Assembly: GCA_963796285.1 (NCBI GenBank) | Contig: CAWCKW010000012.1 | Coordinates: 1,088,001 to 1,152,000 of the forward strand | Direction of reading: 5' to 3' | Source of the DNA: Nitrospirota bacterium | GTDB lineage: Bacteria > Nitrospirota > UBA9217 | DNA length: 64,000 nt | Part shown: piece by piece, positions 31,500-44,032 of the stretch | Layout: each line of letters starts with the position of its first letter | Position numbering within the stretch: position 1 is the first letter of the stretch | The notes under the pieces: generated by a model | What the model was told of the DNA's origin: nothing | Databases searched by the model: none | Seen by the model: only the letters and a program-made list of their open reading frames with translations | Position numbers and translations under genes: made by a program

Positions 31500-31675
31500 A
31501 GGGTCCCAACCGGCCCTTGATCCCGAAGCAATGCAGCGCTTCCTCGAATCCCTGAGCTCGCTCAATTTCAAGGAATTGGAACGGCCGCAGATCGCGAGAC
31601 CGCAGGCCGCCTAAGAAGTACATCAAGCGCAGTAGTAAACACAAAGGCCCGGGAGATTCCCGGGCCTTTGTTATT
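31500..31675 (+). pseudogene. 3' fragment and terminator of a third copy of the 26853..27374 gene
   Basis: ATGCAGCGCTTCCTCGAATCC...CCGCAGGCCGCCTAA then the AAAGGCCCGGGA/TCCCGGGCCTTT hairpin, as at 27291-27430. Confidence 0.8.
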
Positions 31676-31883
31676 TCATTGATAGGTGTGCACTCTACGG
31701 CCTCTGCATGACCCGCCCCATTCGCATAGAATACGCCAGTACCGTCTGCCACATTACCTCACGGGGCAATGAGAAAAAGTCGGTGTTCAAGAGGGATCGT
31801 TAATAGCAAGCCGCAAGACTTTACCCTATAGGTTGTTTAACCGTGATCTTTTAAAATATACTATTGTCAAAGCCTCACAACGT

Positions 31884-33038
31884 CTACTTTTTACAGCACG
31901 CTGATGCCGACTGCATGTTGTAGACCTCAAAGGCCGTCTCCTGTGGTGGCGTGGCGAAACCGCCTTTAATGCCTTCTTTCATTCGGGGCATCAGGATCCC
32001 GTCGCGGAACTTCTCCCAACTCTCCTTGGAGTCGTGGATCGCCACGATCGTCCAGCCACCAGCCGATGCGCCGGCCGCGTGGAAGATCTGGCCTACCGGC
32101 AGGCCGCCTCCGGCGGGATGCACCGCCGCTATTGACGCTTCGTACTGCTCCTTCGTGCCGCCCGGAAAGAAATGCACGACCCCGAATGCCATTTTAGTGC
32201 TCTTCTCAGTCTGAGCTACCGACTTCATGTTGTAGACCTCAAAAGCCGTCTCCTGTGGCGGCGTGGGGAAGCCGCCTATAATGCCCGCTTTCATCCGGGG
32301 CATCAGGATGTTGTCGCGGAATTTCTCCCAGCTCTCCTTGGAGTCGTGGATCGCCACGATCGTCCAGCCGCCGGCCGATGCGCCGGCCGCGTGGAAGATC
32401 TGGCCTTCCGGCAGGCCGCCTCCAGCAGGATGCACCGCCGCTATTGAAGCCTCGTACTGCTCCTTCGTGCCGCCCGGGAAGAAATGCACGACCCCGTATG
32501 CCATTTTCTCACACTTCTCAGGTTGAGCCTGCCCTGACTTGGCTTGCAACTCGTGGAGAATAGCCACCATCGCGGGAGAATTATCGACGTGGTGATGTAC
32601 AATTTTCCATGCTTTGCCTTCTCGCTGATAGATGTTCGTGACGCGGTTCTCGACGTTGACCTGGTGTCCGCCAAGCTTGAACTGCCCGGACTCGATGCCC
32701 ATTTCGTAGGCCATATTCCCGTTCACACGGATGAGTTGATCTTTTAGTTCAACCTTCCCCTCCGAGGCCAGTTTGGCTACTTGCTCAAACGACTTCTTGA
32801 CTGCATCCCACCCGACCTCCCGACCTCCGATGGGGTGCATGGTCGTCACGGTTGCGCTGTGTGACCAGATGTTTGACAAAGGACCGGCGTTCCCATTGAC
32901 CATGCTGTTCAACGCTGCGTAAAACTGTACTGATGCTTTGCGGACCTCGTCTTTGGGTTTCTTGTCCGCCGCTGCTGCAAACGTTACGGCAGAGAACACG
33001 AAAATCATTGCTACGATAATACTAGTTCTAACTCTCAT
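31884..33038 (-). CDS. secreted SnoaL/NTF2-like domain fused to two tandem about 104-aa repeats
   Basis: Signal peptide; RVTNIY...WKIVHHH; repeats GVVHFFPGGTKEQYEAS...FEVYN offset by 312 bp. Confidence 0.85.
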   Translation of the reverse strand: MRVRTSIIVAMIFVFSAVTFAAAADKKPKDEVRKASVQFYAALNSMVNGNAGPLSNIWSHSATVTTMHPIGGREVGWDAVKKSFEQVAKLASEGKVELKDQLIRVNGNMAYEMGIESGQFKLGGHQVNVENRVTNIYQREGKAWKIVHHHVDNSPAMVAILHELQAKSGQAQPEKCEKMAYGVVHFFPGGTKEQYEASIAAVHPAGGGLPEGQIFHAAGASAGGWTIVAIHDSKESWEKFRDNILMPRMKAGIIGGFPTPPQETAFEVYNMKSVAQTEKSTKMAFGVVHFFPGGTKEQYEASIAAVHPAGGGLPVGQIFHAAGASAGGWTIVAIHDSKESWEKFRDGILMPRMKEGIKGGFATPPQETAFEVYNMQSASACCKK

Positions 33039-33329
33039 ATTTGATCCTCCTTTCTTGATATTAGGTCCTGTAATACATTGCCTGAACTTTGTGCTCACCT
33101 TCATTAATTTTTAAAAAGACCCCTGTGTCCTTATGATTCGCCGCTTTTCGCACACCACTCGCAAAGAGTTTTGCTTTATCGAGAGCCAATGATTGAGGAT
33201 TACTAGGAATATTGTGATTAGAGTATAGCAGAGAGCAAGAAGGAGCGCCGATAGTAAATGGGGTATTTCGAGGGTATTAAGGGAATGATATTAAAGTATC
33301 AAGCGTAGAATCAAAGTGCCTGTTTGATT

Positions 33330-33917
33330 TTACTGACCGTTTCTTTCTGTCCGGGTGCGCACAGCATTAGCCATTTCCTTGACCTCGCTTATTGCTTTTG
33401 ACTGTACCAAACTTTCAGGGACATACCAAGGCGGTTTGACGTACGAGCAGTACTCAAGAAGATAGGTGCCGTCCCTCTGTGTATCAATAATCTCCCAGCT
33501 TCCTTCAATTCGTTCCAAGTCGCCTGACACACGCTCCCACACTATTCGACGGTGAGACGGAGAATATTGATCGCTTATTACATAATCCAGTTCTTTATTG
33601 AAGATACCCAGGAAATTTACTAAATATATATATTCCACCTCGGCTCCAACGTTACTGATCATACGAACATTTGCTTTTTTTAAGCCTTTGTAGATTTTGG
33701 GGAAATAGCTATAGCCCGTAAGCACCGACCAGATACGCTCGGGCGTAGATTTTACGCAGAAACTCGCTTTAACTCCGGGAACGTTGTCTCTAGTCTTAAC
33801 TGCCTCAGTGACCACATCGCGCGCAAAGAGTTTTGTCCAGTCGAGTGGTTTTTCCTCTGCAATTGCTGGACTCCATAACAGGCCGCAGAATATAAAACCA
33901 TAAATCCATGTCCTCAA
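33330..33917 (-). CDS. SRPBCC/polyketide cyclase family protein with signal peptide
   Basis: PERIWSVLT.Y and SGDLERIEGSW motifs. Confidence 0.8.
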   Translation of the reverse strand: MRTWIYGFIFCGLLWSPAIAEEKPLDWTKLFARDVVTEAVKTRDNVPGVKASFCVKSTPERIWSVLTGYSYFPKIYKGLKKANVRMISNVGAEVEYIYLVNFLGIFNKELDYVISDQYSPSHRRIVWERVSGDLERIEGSWEIIDTQRDGTYLLEYCSYVKPPWYVPESLVQSKAISEVKEMANAVRTRTERNGQ

Positions 33918-34125
33918 AACGAATACCCCGCTCTTTAATATAAATATAGGCTAGTATATCCGATGAATATTACAAGCGTATGAAATTTGCATTAAATTAC
34001 GGAGTCAAATGGAGTGAAAATCGGTTAAAATCTCTAATTGCAATTGTCACTACAACGGGGGGTAGCTCCCGCGCCTATTGACAGGAGTGGTAGTATGAAT
34101 AGTATGGAATGAGGGGGGGTGGCGA

Positions 34126-35178
34126 ATGATGGAAACCTCGTTTGAAATGATTTCAGCCGATGCAGCGCGATCCGGCGGCCAACAGACGGCAACTATGGTC
34201 ACGGACCGCGATGAAGCGCTGCTCGATGCGTATTCGCAGGCAGTCGTCCAGGCATCCGAAAAAGTAAACTCAACCGTTGTCAATATCGAAGTCCAATACG
34301 CTCGTAAAGGAAGAACTTCAGCTCCGCGCATGTCTCCCGAGACCCATGCAGGCGGGTCGGGGTTCGTGTTCACGCCTGACGGATTCATCCTTACCAACAG
34401 CCATGTGGTCCATAATGCGGAAACAATCATCGTGGGGATCCCGGATGGACGCCGGTTTCAGGCCCAGCTCGTAGGAGACGATCCGGACACCGATCTGGCG
34501 GTGATACGAATCAATGCGCCGAATCTGCAGCCCGCACTCCTCGGCGATTCGCAGCGGATCAGGGTGGGTCAGCTGGCTATTGCAATAGGAAATCCCTATG
34601 GTTTTCAGTGCACCGTGACCGCCGGCGTGGTGAGCGCTCTTGGTCGCACCCTTCGGTCCTCTTCGGGCAGGCTCATCGATAGCGTGATTCAGACCGACGC
34701 GGCGCTTAACCCCGGCAATTCGGGAGGCCCTCTCGTTACGTCTCGTGGAGAAGTTATCGGCGTGAACACCGCGACGATCATGCCTGCACAGGGTATATGC
34801 TTTGCCATTGGCATCAATACAGCCAAGTTCGTGGTAGCAAGCCTTATCAAGGATGGGAAGGTGCGGCGAAGCTCAATAGGCGTAGGTGGACAGAATGTCC
34901 AGATCCACCGAAGGATCGTACGCTTCTATGACCTGCCCGTGGAAAGCGGTGTCATGATCGTATCGATCCAGCCCGATAGTCCGGCTATCCGGGCAAACCT
35001 GCGGGTTGGCGACATCATTGTGGGCTTTGGCGGAACGCCCGTCTCCGGCATCGACGACCTGCATAAGCTGTTGACTCAGGAAAAGGTCAGCGTCAGCTTC
35101 CCGATAGCGATTATCCGTGGTACGGAAAAGGTAGTCCAATTCGTCGTTCCCGGAGAGTTCAACGATCGATCCGAATAG
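34126..35178 (+). CDS. trypsin-like serine protease with PDZ domain (HtrA/S1C)
   Basis: GSGF, TNSHVV, DLAVI and QTDAALNPGNSGGPL motifs. Confidence 0.95.
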   Translation: MMETSFEMISADAARSGGQQTATMVTDRDEALLDAYSQAVVQASEKVNSTVVNIEVQYARKGRTSAPRMSPETHAGGSGFVFTPDGFILTNSHVVHNAETIIVGIPDGRRFQAQLVGDDPDTDLAVIRINAPNLQPALLGDSQRIRVGQLAIAIGNPYGFQCTVTAGVVSALGRTLRSSSGRLIDSVIQTDAALNPGNSGGPLVTSRGEVIGVNTATIMPAQGICFAIGINTAKFVVASLIKDGKVRRSSIGVGGQNVQIHRRIVRFYDLPVESGVMIVSIQPDSPAIRANLRVGDIIVGFGGTPVSGIDDLHKLLTQEKVSVSFPIAIIRGTEKVVQFVVPGEFNDRSE

Positions 35179-35324
35179 TAAGCGCAACTTCGCGGTTGAT
35201 GCAAAATTGTCGTATCGCGGCTGGAAAGACCTTGAGCGATAACTGATGTACGGCTAAGACACGCGAAATAAACATTGTCCCGGCGTTTCACCGAATATCA
35301 AAATAAAAAACAGCAAGACCTTCC

Positions 35325-36098
35325 CTATTGGCCGGGAAACGCGATCCCGGATAAGCGGCCGCATTCTGAAAGATACTTTTCCTGCACAGCCGGATCCGCG
35401 GCAGCCGGGTGACAGCTCCCGGGTTGTAGATGATGGAAATATCTTCCCGAGACCAGGACCTCCTTGTCCTGGCTCGCTGCCAGCCACACCTGCGTCCGCG
35501 CCCCTTCCTCAACGCTGACAGGAGCTCCCCGCCCTCCCATCTTCGTGGCTGCCCAGCCGGGGTCCACGGCATTGGACAATACGTCGGGCCATTTGCGTGC
35601 AACGGCAAAGGCAAGGATGACGTTGTGCAGCTTCGAATCGGCGTAGGAGTTCGATCCGCCTCCGGTCCGGCTGCCCGAGGTCAGGTCGTTCAAGCTGGCG
35701 TCGCCACTTCGATGGAGACCAGAGCTCGTATAGACCAGCCGCTTCGGCCTCCTGATCAGGCAGGTCAGGATATAGGGGGCGAGGGAGTTCACAGCAAAGA
35801 TCTGCGGCAGGCCGTCCACGGTCGTTGCGCCATGGGGCACAAGATAGATGCCGGCATTATGGATCACGGCATCGAAGGGTCCCAGCTCGTTCACCCGGTC
35901 CGCAAGGGACTTCGTTTCCGCGATGCTTGCCAGATCGCCGATAACCGCGGAGAGCGCACCCGGGACTTTGGAAAGCGCCTCGTTCGCCCGATCCCGGTTG
36001 CGTCCGTGCAGCACGACCTGGTGGCCCTGGCTGACCAGCAGCCGCGCCTCCATCAGTCCGAGACCGTCGGCAGAACCGGTAATGAATATTCTTGCCAT
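35325..36098 (-). CDS. SDR family oxidoreductase
   Basis: TGSADGLG, HNAG and YADSK motifs. Confidence 0.93.
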   Translation of the reverse strand: MARIFITGSADGLGLMEARLLVSQGHQVVLHGRNRDRANEALSKVPGALSAVIGDLASIAETKSLADRVNELGPFDAVIHNAGIYLVPHGATTVDGLPQIFAVNSLAPYILTCLIRRPKRLVYTSSGLHRSGDASLNDLTSGSRTGGGSNSYADSKLHNVILAFAVARKWPDVLSNAVDPGWAATKMGGRGAPVSVEEGARTQVWLAASQDKEVLVSGRYFHHLQPGSCHPAAADPAVQEKYLSECGRLSGIAFPGQ

Positions 36099-36276
36099 GG
36101 AGTTTTCCCCGAAAACCTGATCGTCTTGCTCTTTATAAGTTTAGCAAAAAATGATGCCGTGACAGGTCCGTTTTATCGTAGTCAGCCACTGTTACGAGGG
36201 CAGGCTCAAAGGCGAAAGGATTCGATCAGGAGGTAAACGATCGCGAGGTGATCGATTTTCTTTATCATGGCTGACC

Positions 36277-36825
36277 TCATGGGATTTCCGTGCGGCCCTG
36301 CATCCCCTGAAGCCGCCGGAACGAGCGGACGATCAGGGGAACGGCGATCATCGCGCCGAGCACGATCCACTCCGCTGTGTCGGGATCGCGGAAGTACCTG
36401 CTCAGGCTCAGGGTCGAGACTGCAATGACGGCGTAATACAGCATGTCGCCCACGATCGCGAAGGCCCAGCCCATCATGAATCCATGGCCCGCAGCCAGCG
36501 CTGCTGCCCGCCCGGACATCGGGTCCGCGCCAAAGGAGAACATAACGAGCGCAATAGGGCCTGCACCGGTGCCGCTGAATTGGGCCGTGGTGCGGGCTAT
36601 TGCAGCCTTCATCCTTGCGGTGAAACGGGCGAGAAACGGGACTTTACCCACCAGCCAAGCGAGAAGTCGAAGGATCGGTTCGAATGCGAGGGCAAGTAGC
36701 ACATCGGAAACCAGGTAAAGCCCGGCAGTCACGGGCCAGGCCAGACCCTTGGTCTGGGCGAGCAATACGCCTGCCGGGATTCCGCCCCCGACAGGGATAA
36801 GGAAGAGCATCAATACGGAAAGCAT
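36277..36825 (-). CDS. hypothetical membrane protein
   Basis: Several TM helices; FLIPVGGGIPAGVLL; start at 36825 or 36897. Confidence 0.75.
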   Translation of the reverse strand: MLSVLMLFLIPVGGGIPAGVLLAQTKGLAWPVTAGLYLVSDVLLALAFEPILRLLAWLVGKVPFLARFTARMKAAIARTTAQFSGTGAGPIALVMFSFGADPMSGRAAALAAGHGFMMGWAFAIVGDMLYYAVIAVSTLSLSRYFRDPDTAEWIVLGAMIAVPLIVRSFRRLQGMQGRTEIP

Positions 36826-36999
36826 GGGGGATACTAACAAAAGAGACGGACAAAAGCAAGCGGCGGGGCGGGCTTGGTATTGTGGGGTATTTAACAAAGG
36901 TTGATATATCTAATTAGATGCCTGGCAAGGAAAACAGAGCGGGAAAATGTCGACATGCAACAAAGGAGACTCCTACCAGGCTTGCTCCGCGCCTCCGCG

Positions 37000-37530
37000 T
37001 CAACCCAAATGTTCCCTTTCATAGGCCATTACCCGGTCACGTTCCTCTGCCACAGACAGCGACTCAAGGTATTTCTGCATCTCAACCGAATTGGGAAATG
37101 CTGTCGGAATCTGAGCGTAAGGTACGCAGACAACCAGGACAGTCCTCACCAGATCCATCACGCTGAATTCGAGGAGTTTGCGAATTCTTTCGGGCGTTGC
37201 CTGTTCGAGCCGGAGAGGATCTTGATGATACCAACCGTGGCCGTGAGGGGTTATGAGGGTCGAGTCGATGCCTTTCTCTTTTTTTACGATCATGCCTTGT
37301 TTGGCCGCAAAAGCGGAAACATGAGTGCGGAGCAGCTGGATTCCTCTGACTGCCGGATTGGAGCAGATGCCGCCCTTTCTCCAGGAGAGCCGGCAGAACA
37401 GTGAAAGATTGATTCCGCAGCAGTATAGGTAGCTGTCCGGGCCCAGTCGCGGTTCCTCCCGGATCACAATATACAGGAAAGCGTTTTTATACTCGAATGA
37501 ACGGATCGGCGCGGTTTGCATGATCATCAT
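37000..37530 (-). CDS. hypothetical protein (paralog of 26853..27374)
   Basis: Colinear similarity: EYKN.F...VIRE, GICSN, GWY, MQ..LES. Confidence 0.8.
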   Translation of the reverse strand: MMIMQTAPIRSFEYKNAFLYIVIREEPRLGPDSYLYCCGINLSLFCRLSWRKGGICSNPAVRGIQLLRTHVSAFAAKQGMIVKKEKGIDSTLITPHGHGWYHQDPLRLEQATPERIRKLLEFSVMDLVRTVLVVCVPYAQIPTAFPNSVEMQKYLESLSVAEERDRVMAYEREHLG

Positions 37531-37993
37531 CCTTTCTTCTACGCAGCACGTTGCTTACCGTAGTATAACAATTCCGGAATAATCTTCAAGCTCATAGAGC
37601 ATCGTACTCTCTCGGTTCCCGACGTGATGCTCATGGATTATCATAGTTGAGTGATTATACAGGATTCAGATTCAGGTAAACCATAAGCATGGGCCGGGAC
37701 AAGTCGGAGGTACAAGTTCCCTTATCTCTGACGTAAAAAAGGAGAATCCACCTAACCGAGACGCAGAGAAATACATATTTAAATTATTGAGAATTCCCTC
37801 AGCGCCTCTGCGTCTCCGAGGTAAATTTGACCTTTTTTCGACTTTTTACGAATGCATCATATAATGTAAACTGCCTTATGCCTATCCGGTTTAAATGCTT
37901 TTTAAGTGACCAGACTGCCCGATTTGGTGATATACTCGTCCCATCGTAAATTTATCGGAGGTGAGCCATGGTTGATCCAACTAGAGATGGGAT

Positions 37994-38344
37994 ATGAACA
38001 TGATGACACCGATAGAAGAACGAGACAAGGCTTTATCAGTCATCGACCCATTTTTGCTCGAAATTTCCATGATCTTCAGAGAATGCTATTTATCAGAAGG
38101 GAAAGGTGCGCTTCTTGTTTATGCGGATTCAGTAATAAATGGCAACATTCCCACTGAGAGTGATTACACAACCAAAAACGATGTTCTTGAAATAATAGAC
38201 GGCATCGATGCTAAAGCCGGCCTGGCTGCGCTTTTAAGCACATACGACCCGCATACAGAAGGGATCTTGGTTTTAATTCCGAGCAGTAATATTGCACCAT
38301 TTTTTATTACAATCAAGCTGAAATCGCGGAGCACAGCAGACTGA
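37994..38344 (+). CDS. hypothetical protein
   Basis: Clean 116-aa ORF in a low-GC interval. Confidence 0.6.
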   Translation: MNMMTPIEERDKALSVIDPFLLEISMIFRECYLSEGKGALLVYADSVINGNIPTESDYTTKNDVLEIIDGIDAKAGLAALLSTYDPHTEGILVLIPSSNIAPFFITIKLKSRSTAD

Positions 38345-38586
38345 GCTAGCAACAGGATCAATCACAACCTGGATATGACTTCATTTTATATCTTGGCTGT
38401 CTCTCCCCCACCAATAGCTCCTGCAAGGACTCGATAGGTTATAGCTATTTATCCCACGCAATATAATTTTGTTAATTTCCTTGTTGACCTCACGTCCCCA
38501 AGTCCCTATGACAATCTTATCCCGAATGTCAACAGTAAAGACCCTGAGGTCTTCGTTGTGGGCAACGTCGCGGAGATGCGTCAAGT

Positions 38587-39423
38587 TCAAGGAATGCTTG
38601 CGGCTGCAGGCACGGAACAAGTCTGACCGCCACGGCGGCGCTGCACGAGCCGGAGGAGATCCTCTTTCCGCATCGGCGAGAGGCCTAGGCTGTCCGCTTC
38701 CTTTTTAAGCACGTCGTAGGAGCCATCGCCGCCGAGATAGCCGTTCACGCGCGCCACTGCGGTCGAAGCAACATAATCGGCAAAAGAGGGATAGATCCGC
38801 ATGAGTTCCTCCGCAAACTCAGGGTACTGCCGGAGGCTGTGTTTCTGGTGGTAGTCCTCGGCAAGTGTAAAACCGTTGTAGTTGATGATCTCCGTATGGA
38901 CCGTCTTACCGCGCTCTTGCTCGATCTGCGCCTTGGACTCCCGGGCAAGCCGCAGCTGCTCATCGTTATGCACGAAGATTATGGAGGCGTACTGGCGCGA
39001 CCAGCTCCGGTACGAAGGATCGTGTCCGGTCCAGAAGGCGCGGAGCAGTTCCTTGTAGGATATCCTGGAGGGATCATAGTCGATCTGGACGGTTTCTGTG
39101 TGGTCGCCGAGCGAGCGGTAGGTTGGATTCTGTTTGGTCCCGCCGGCATATCCCACGCGCGTTCTGATTACGCCGGGCAGACTCCCGAACTGGGAGTCGG
39201 GTCCCCAGAATCAGCCCATGGCAAAGGTTGCGGTAGCGATCTCTTTCGGCGCGAGGGCGTCGATCAGGGGTTTCGATGCAGAAGACGCGGAAGCAAAGGC
39301 ATTCGGGCTCATGTTATGCTGCCCCCTTTCTGTTGCGAAATAAACTGCCCCCGCGGCAAGCAGGAACAGAAGCAGTGCATATCCGGGAAACCGGAGCACG
39401 TATGGATTTTTGTCCTTGGTCAT
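38587..39423 (-). CDS. msrA: peptide methionine sulfoxide reductase A, selenoprotein (GUFW), with N-terminal signal/TM
   Basis: ATFAMG-TGA(39213-39211)-FWGPD in frame with VGYAGG, HTE and AEDYHQK; perfect hairpin GACTCCC-AGTTC-GGGAGTC 12 nt after the UGA. Confidence 0.92.
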
Positions 39424-39666
39424 GGGGAAATTATCCCACCTATCGATCAGCGGACGCAAGTAAAATGAGGGGCATAAGAATTTTTCGAGAGGAATAATGA
39501 AGGAACTACTTTAGTAGGAGAAGATCAAAGGAAGCCTATATCAGGGGGAACTGAGATAATTGTTTGCTGATGCGACAATTGCGCCCAATGCAAGAGGCAA
39601 GACCCTCAAGGTTCTCCGGCGTACGTTCAGTACGGGTCTGCCTCATGCCGGGCGCGAGCAGGCTGT

Positions 39667-40284
39667 TTACTTTTTCTTCATCGCATCGGCCACCCTGCCG
39701 ACGAGCTTCGGCCCGGGCTTGAGCGTGATGTCTCCCTGCTTCTTCCACTGGGCCGGGACGCCCTCCGAAGGGTGAGCGGCGAGATGTTTATTCGCGCGGA
39801 GCTTCCGGAGCAACTCCTCGACGTTCCTGCCCAAATTGAAAAAGTTCACTTCCGCGTTCAAAAGGGTGCCTTCGGGGCTGATGATGAACGTCCCGCGCAA
39901 AGCGAGCCCCGCTTCTTCATCGAGTACACCGAACAGGCGCGCTATGTCGCCGGTGACGTCGGAGGCCATGGGGTATCTGACCTGCGCCAGGGCCTTTTCG
40001 TCCCTCTGCCAGGCGAGGTGCACGAATTTGGTGTCCCTGCTCACCGTGACCACCTCGGCCCCAAGCTTCTGGAACTCATCGTACCGCTCCGCCAGAGCGG
40101 CAAACTCCGTTGCTCAGACAAAGGTAAAATCGGCGGGATAAAAGAACAGGACCGTCCATTTCTTTGCCGCCTTCAGTTTCTTCAGGCTGATCTTCCCGAA
40201 ATCGCACTTGACCGGGTCGAACATCTCAAGCTCAAAATCCGGAACTTTCTCGCCGACGCTCAGACTGCAACAATGCTCAGACAT
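39667..40284 (-). CDS. ahpC: AhpC-type peroxiredoxin, selenoprotein (peroxidatic Sec)
   Basis: FFYPADFTFV-TGA(40116-40114)-ATE in frame with HLAW, ALRGTFII and GRN; hairpin CCGCTC-TGGCG-GAGCGG after the UGA; GGAGG RBS. Confidence 0.92.
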
Positions 40285-40464
40285 ATCAGTTCCCTCCTTG
40301 TTGGAAATGTAGTGACGCATGATAAGATAAGTATAGCATGTTCCATTCTTACAGCGCCTGCACAAGGGTCAGACGCCTGTTGTAAAGCGTCGCCTGCACC
40401 CTCTTGTTAGTTGATCGTTTTATCGCCGCCCTGTCAGAAGCTCTCGAAGACGTTTATGCTGCGA

Positions 40465-42711
<2,247 letters not shown>

Positions 42712-43035
42712 CTATGAATCGACGAGACGGAAACCGGCGTTCTTCCATCCTTCGACACCGCCGCCCAGAACCTTGGCATTCGAAAATCCCTGCGCCAGAT
42801 ATTCCGCTGCCCGACCGGCAGCGCTAGCTTCTTTCTGTCAGGCTCAGTAGAAGATGATTTCCTGGTCCCTGGACAGGGAGGGCAAACGCGCCTTGAAGTC
42901 CTGCAGCGAGATCGCGGACTCAAGGTGCATTTTCCGGAACTTCTCCACGTCCTCGTACGCGCATACAAGAAGGGCCTCTCCGGACGTAACCTTCTTGCGC
43001 GCCTCTTCTGCCGATATTCTTATTGGCTCGGTCAT
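42712..43035 (-). CDS. rhodanese-like protein with two in-frame UGA codons (IIFY-U-A-U)
   Basis: Read-through of TGA 42846-42844 and 42840-42838 gives QKEASAAGRAAEYLAQGFSNAKVLGGGVEGWKNAG, which completes the rhodanese fold; GGGAGG RBS. Confidence 0.85.
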
Positions 43036-43121
43036 GGGGGGCCTCCCATCGGTGGATAGGCTGTGAATGAATAAAGGATAGCACAGACCAGAGGGAGATG
43101 CATGGGGTGTCATAGAATCAT

Positions 43122-43244
43122 CAGTTAAGCGAACCGGCGGAGATTTGTAAATTCGAGGATCAATAGGGGAAAGACGCGATCTGGTTGAGGGTAGAACATC
43201 AAACGGGCTAAGGGCAAAAGTCCAACAGTATGGACCTGACCCCA
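43122..43244 (+). repeat. repeat family C, copy 2
   Basis: CAGTTAAG.GAAC.GGCGGAGATTT ... GTTGAGG.TAGAACATCAAAC.GGCTAAG ... CCTGACCC shared with 27958..28085. Confidence 0.75.
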
Positions 43245-43299
43245 GGATGTTCCCCCCCGTTAAACTCTTGAGGTATAATTTTAACGAAGGAGGTTGGAC

Positions 43300-43893
43300 A
43301 TGAGAAAAATAATCGTTATATCAATGATCACATTAGATGGAGTAATGCAAGCACCTGGTGGACCTGAGGAAGATACATCAGGCCGTTTCAAATATGGCGG
43401 TTGGGTGGCACCTTATGGTGACGAAGTTTATGGCAAGGTCATGGAAAAACAGATGAGACCTGCGGATCTTCTGTTGGGCAGAAAAACGTTTGAGATTTGG
43501 GCCGGCTACTGGCCAGAGCATGAAAAGGGATGGCCAGGTATCAATGATGTCACAAAATACGTCATGTCCAGGACCATGAAAAAGTCAGATTGGAAAAACT
43601 CCGTTTTCCTGAAAAGCTTGGCAGATATCAAAAAGCTCAAAAGTTCAAAAGGCTCTGACATTAAAGTTTGGGGCAGCGGTAAACTTATTCAGCTGTTACT
43701 TAAGAATGATCTTGTGGACGAACTCTGGCTCATAATTCACCCGTTGACTCTTGGTAAAGGAAAGAAGTTGTTTGACAATGGCACGATTCCGGCAGCATTT
43801 ACATTAATAGAGAGGACTGTTACACCAAGTGGAGTGATTATTGCCAATTACAAGCGAGCTGGAAAAGTCAAGACAGGTACTGTTGGAGCTTAA
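43300..43893 (+). CDS. dihydrofolate reductase/RibD C-terminal domain family protein
   Basis: TLDGVMQAPGG, LLLGRKTF, GSGKLIQ and LGKGKKLF; lower GC than the flanks. Confidence 0.9.
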   Translation: MRKIIVISMITLDGVMQAPGGPEEDTSGRFKYGGWVAPYGDEVYGKVMEKQMRPADLLLGRKTFEIWAGYWPEHEKGWPGINDVTKYVMSRTMKKSDWKNSVFLKSLADIKKLKSSKGSDIKVWGSGKLIQLLLKNDLVDELWLIIHPLTLGKGKKLFDNGTIPAAFTLIERTVTPSGVIIANYKRAGKVKTGTVGA

Positions 43894-44032
43894 GGCGGCT
43901 AACCTGTTAATAATTCCCCAGATAAGCTGATATCTTCACCAGGTGTTTAGTCGCGATCAGTGCTTTTTCGCTAGTGCAATAAGAAAGATCTGACCCTATT
44001 GTTTCTTGTCAAGCGCCGTTTGGGAGAAGAAT

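Noticed and set aside
37750-37826. CCGAGACGCAGAG / CTCTGCGTCTCCG inverted repeat (related strings at 10745 and 14365-14445)
   Set aside because: Resembles a common short dispersed palindrome class, with no associated gene or added structure here.
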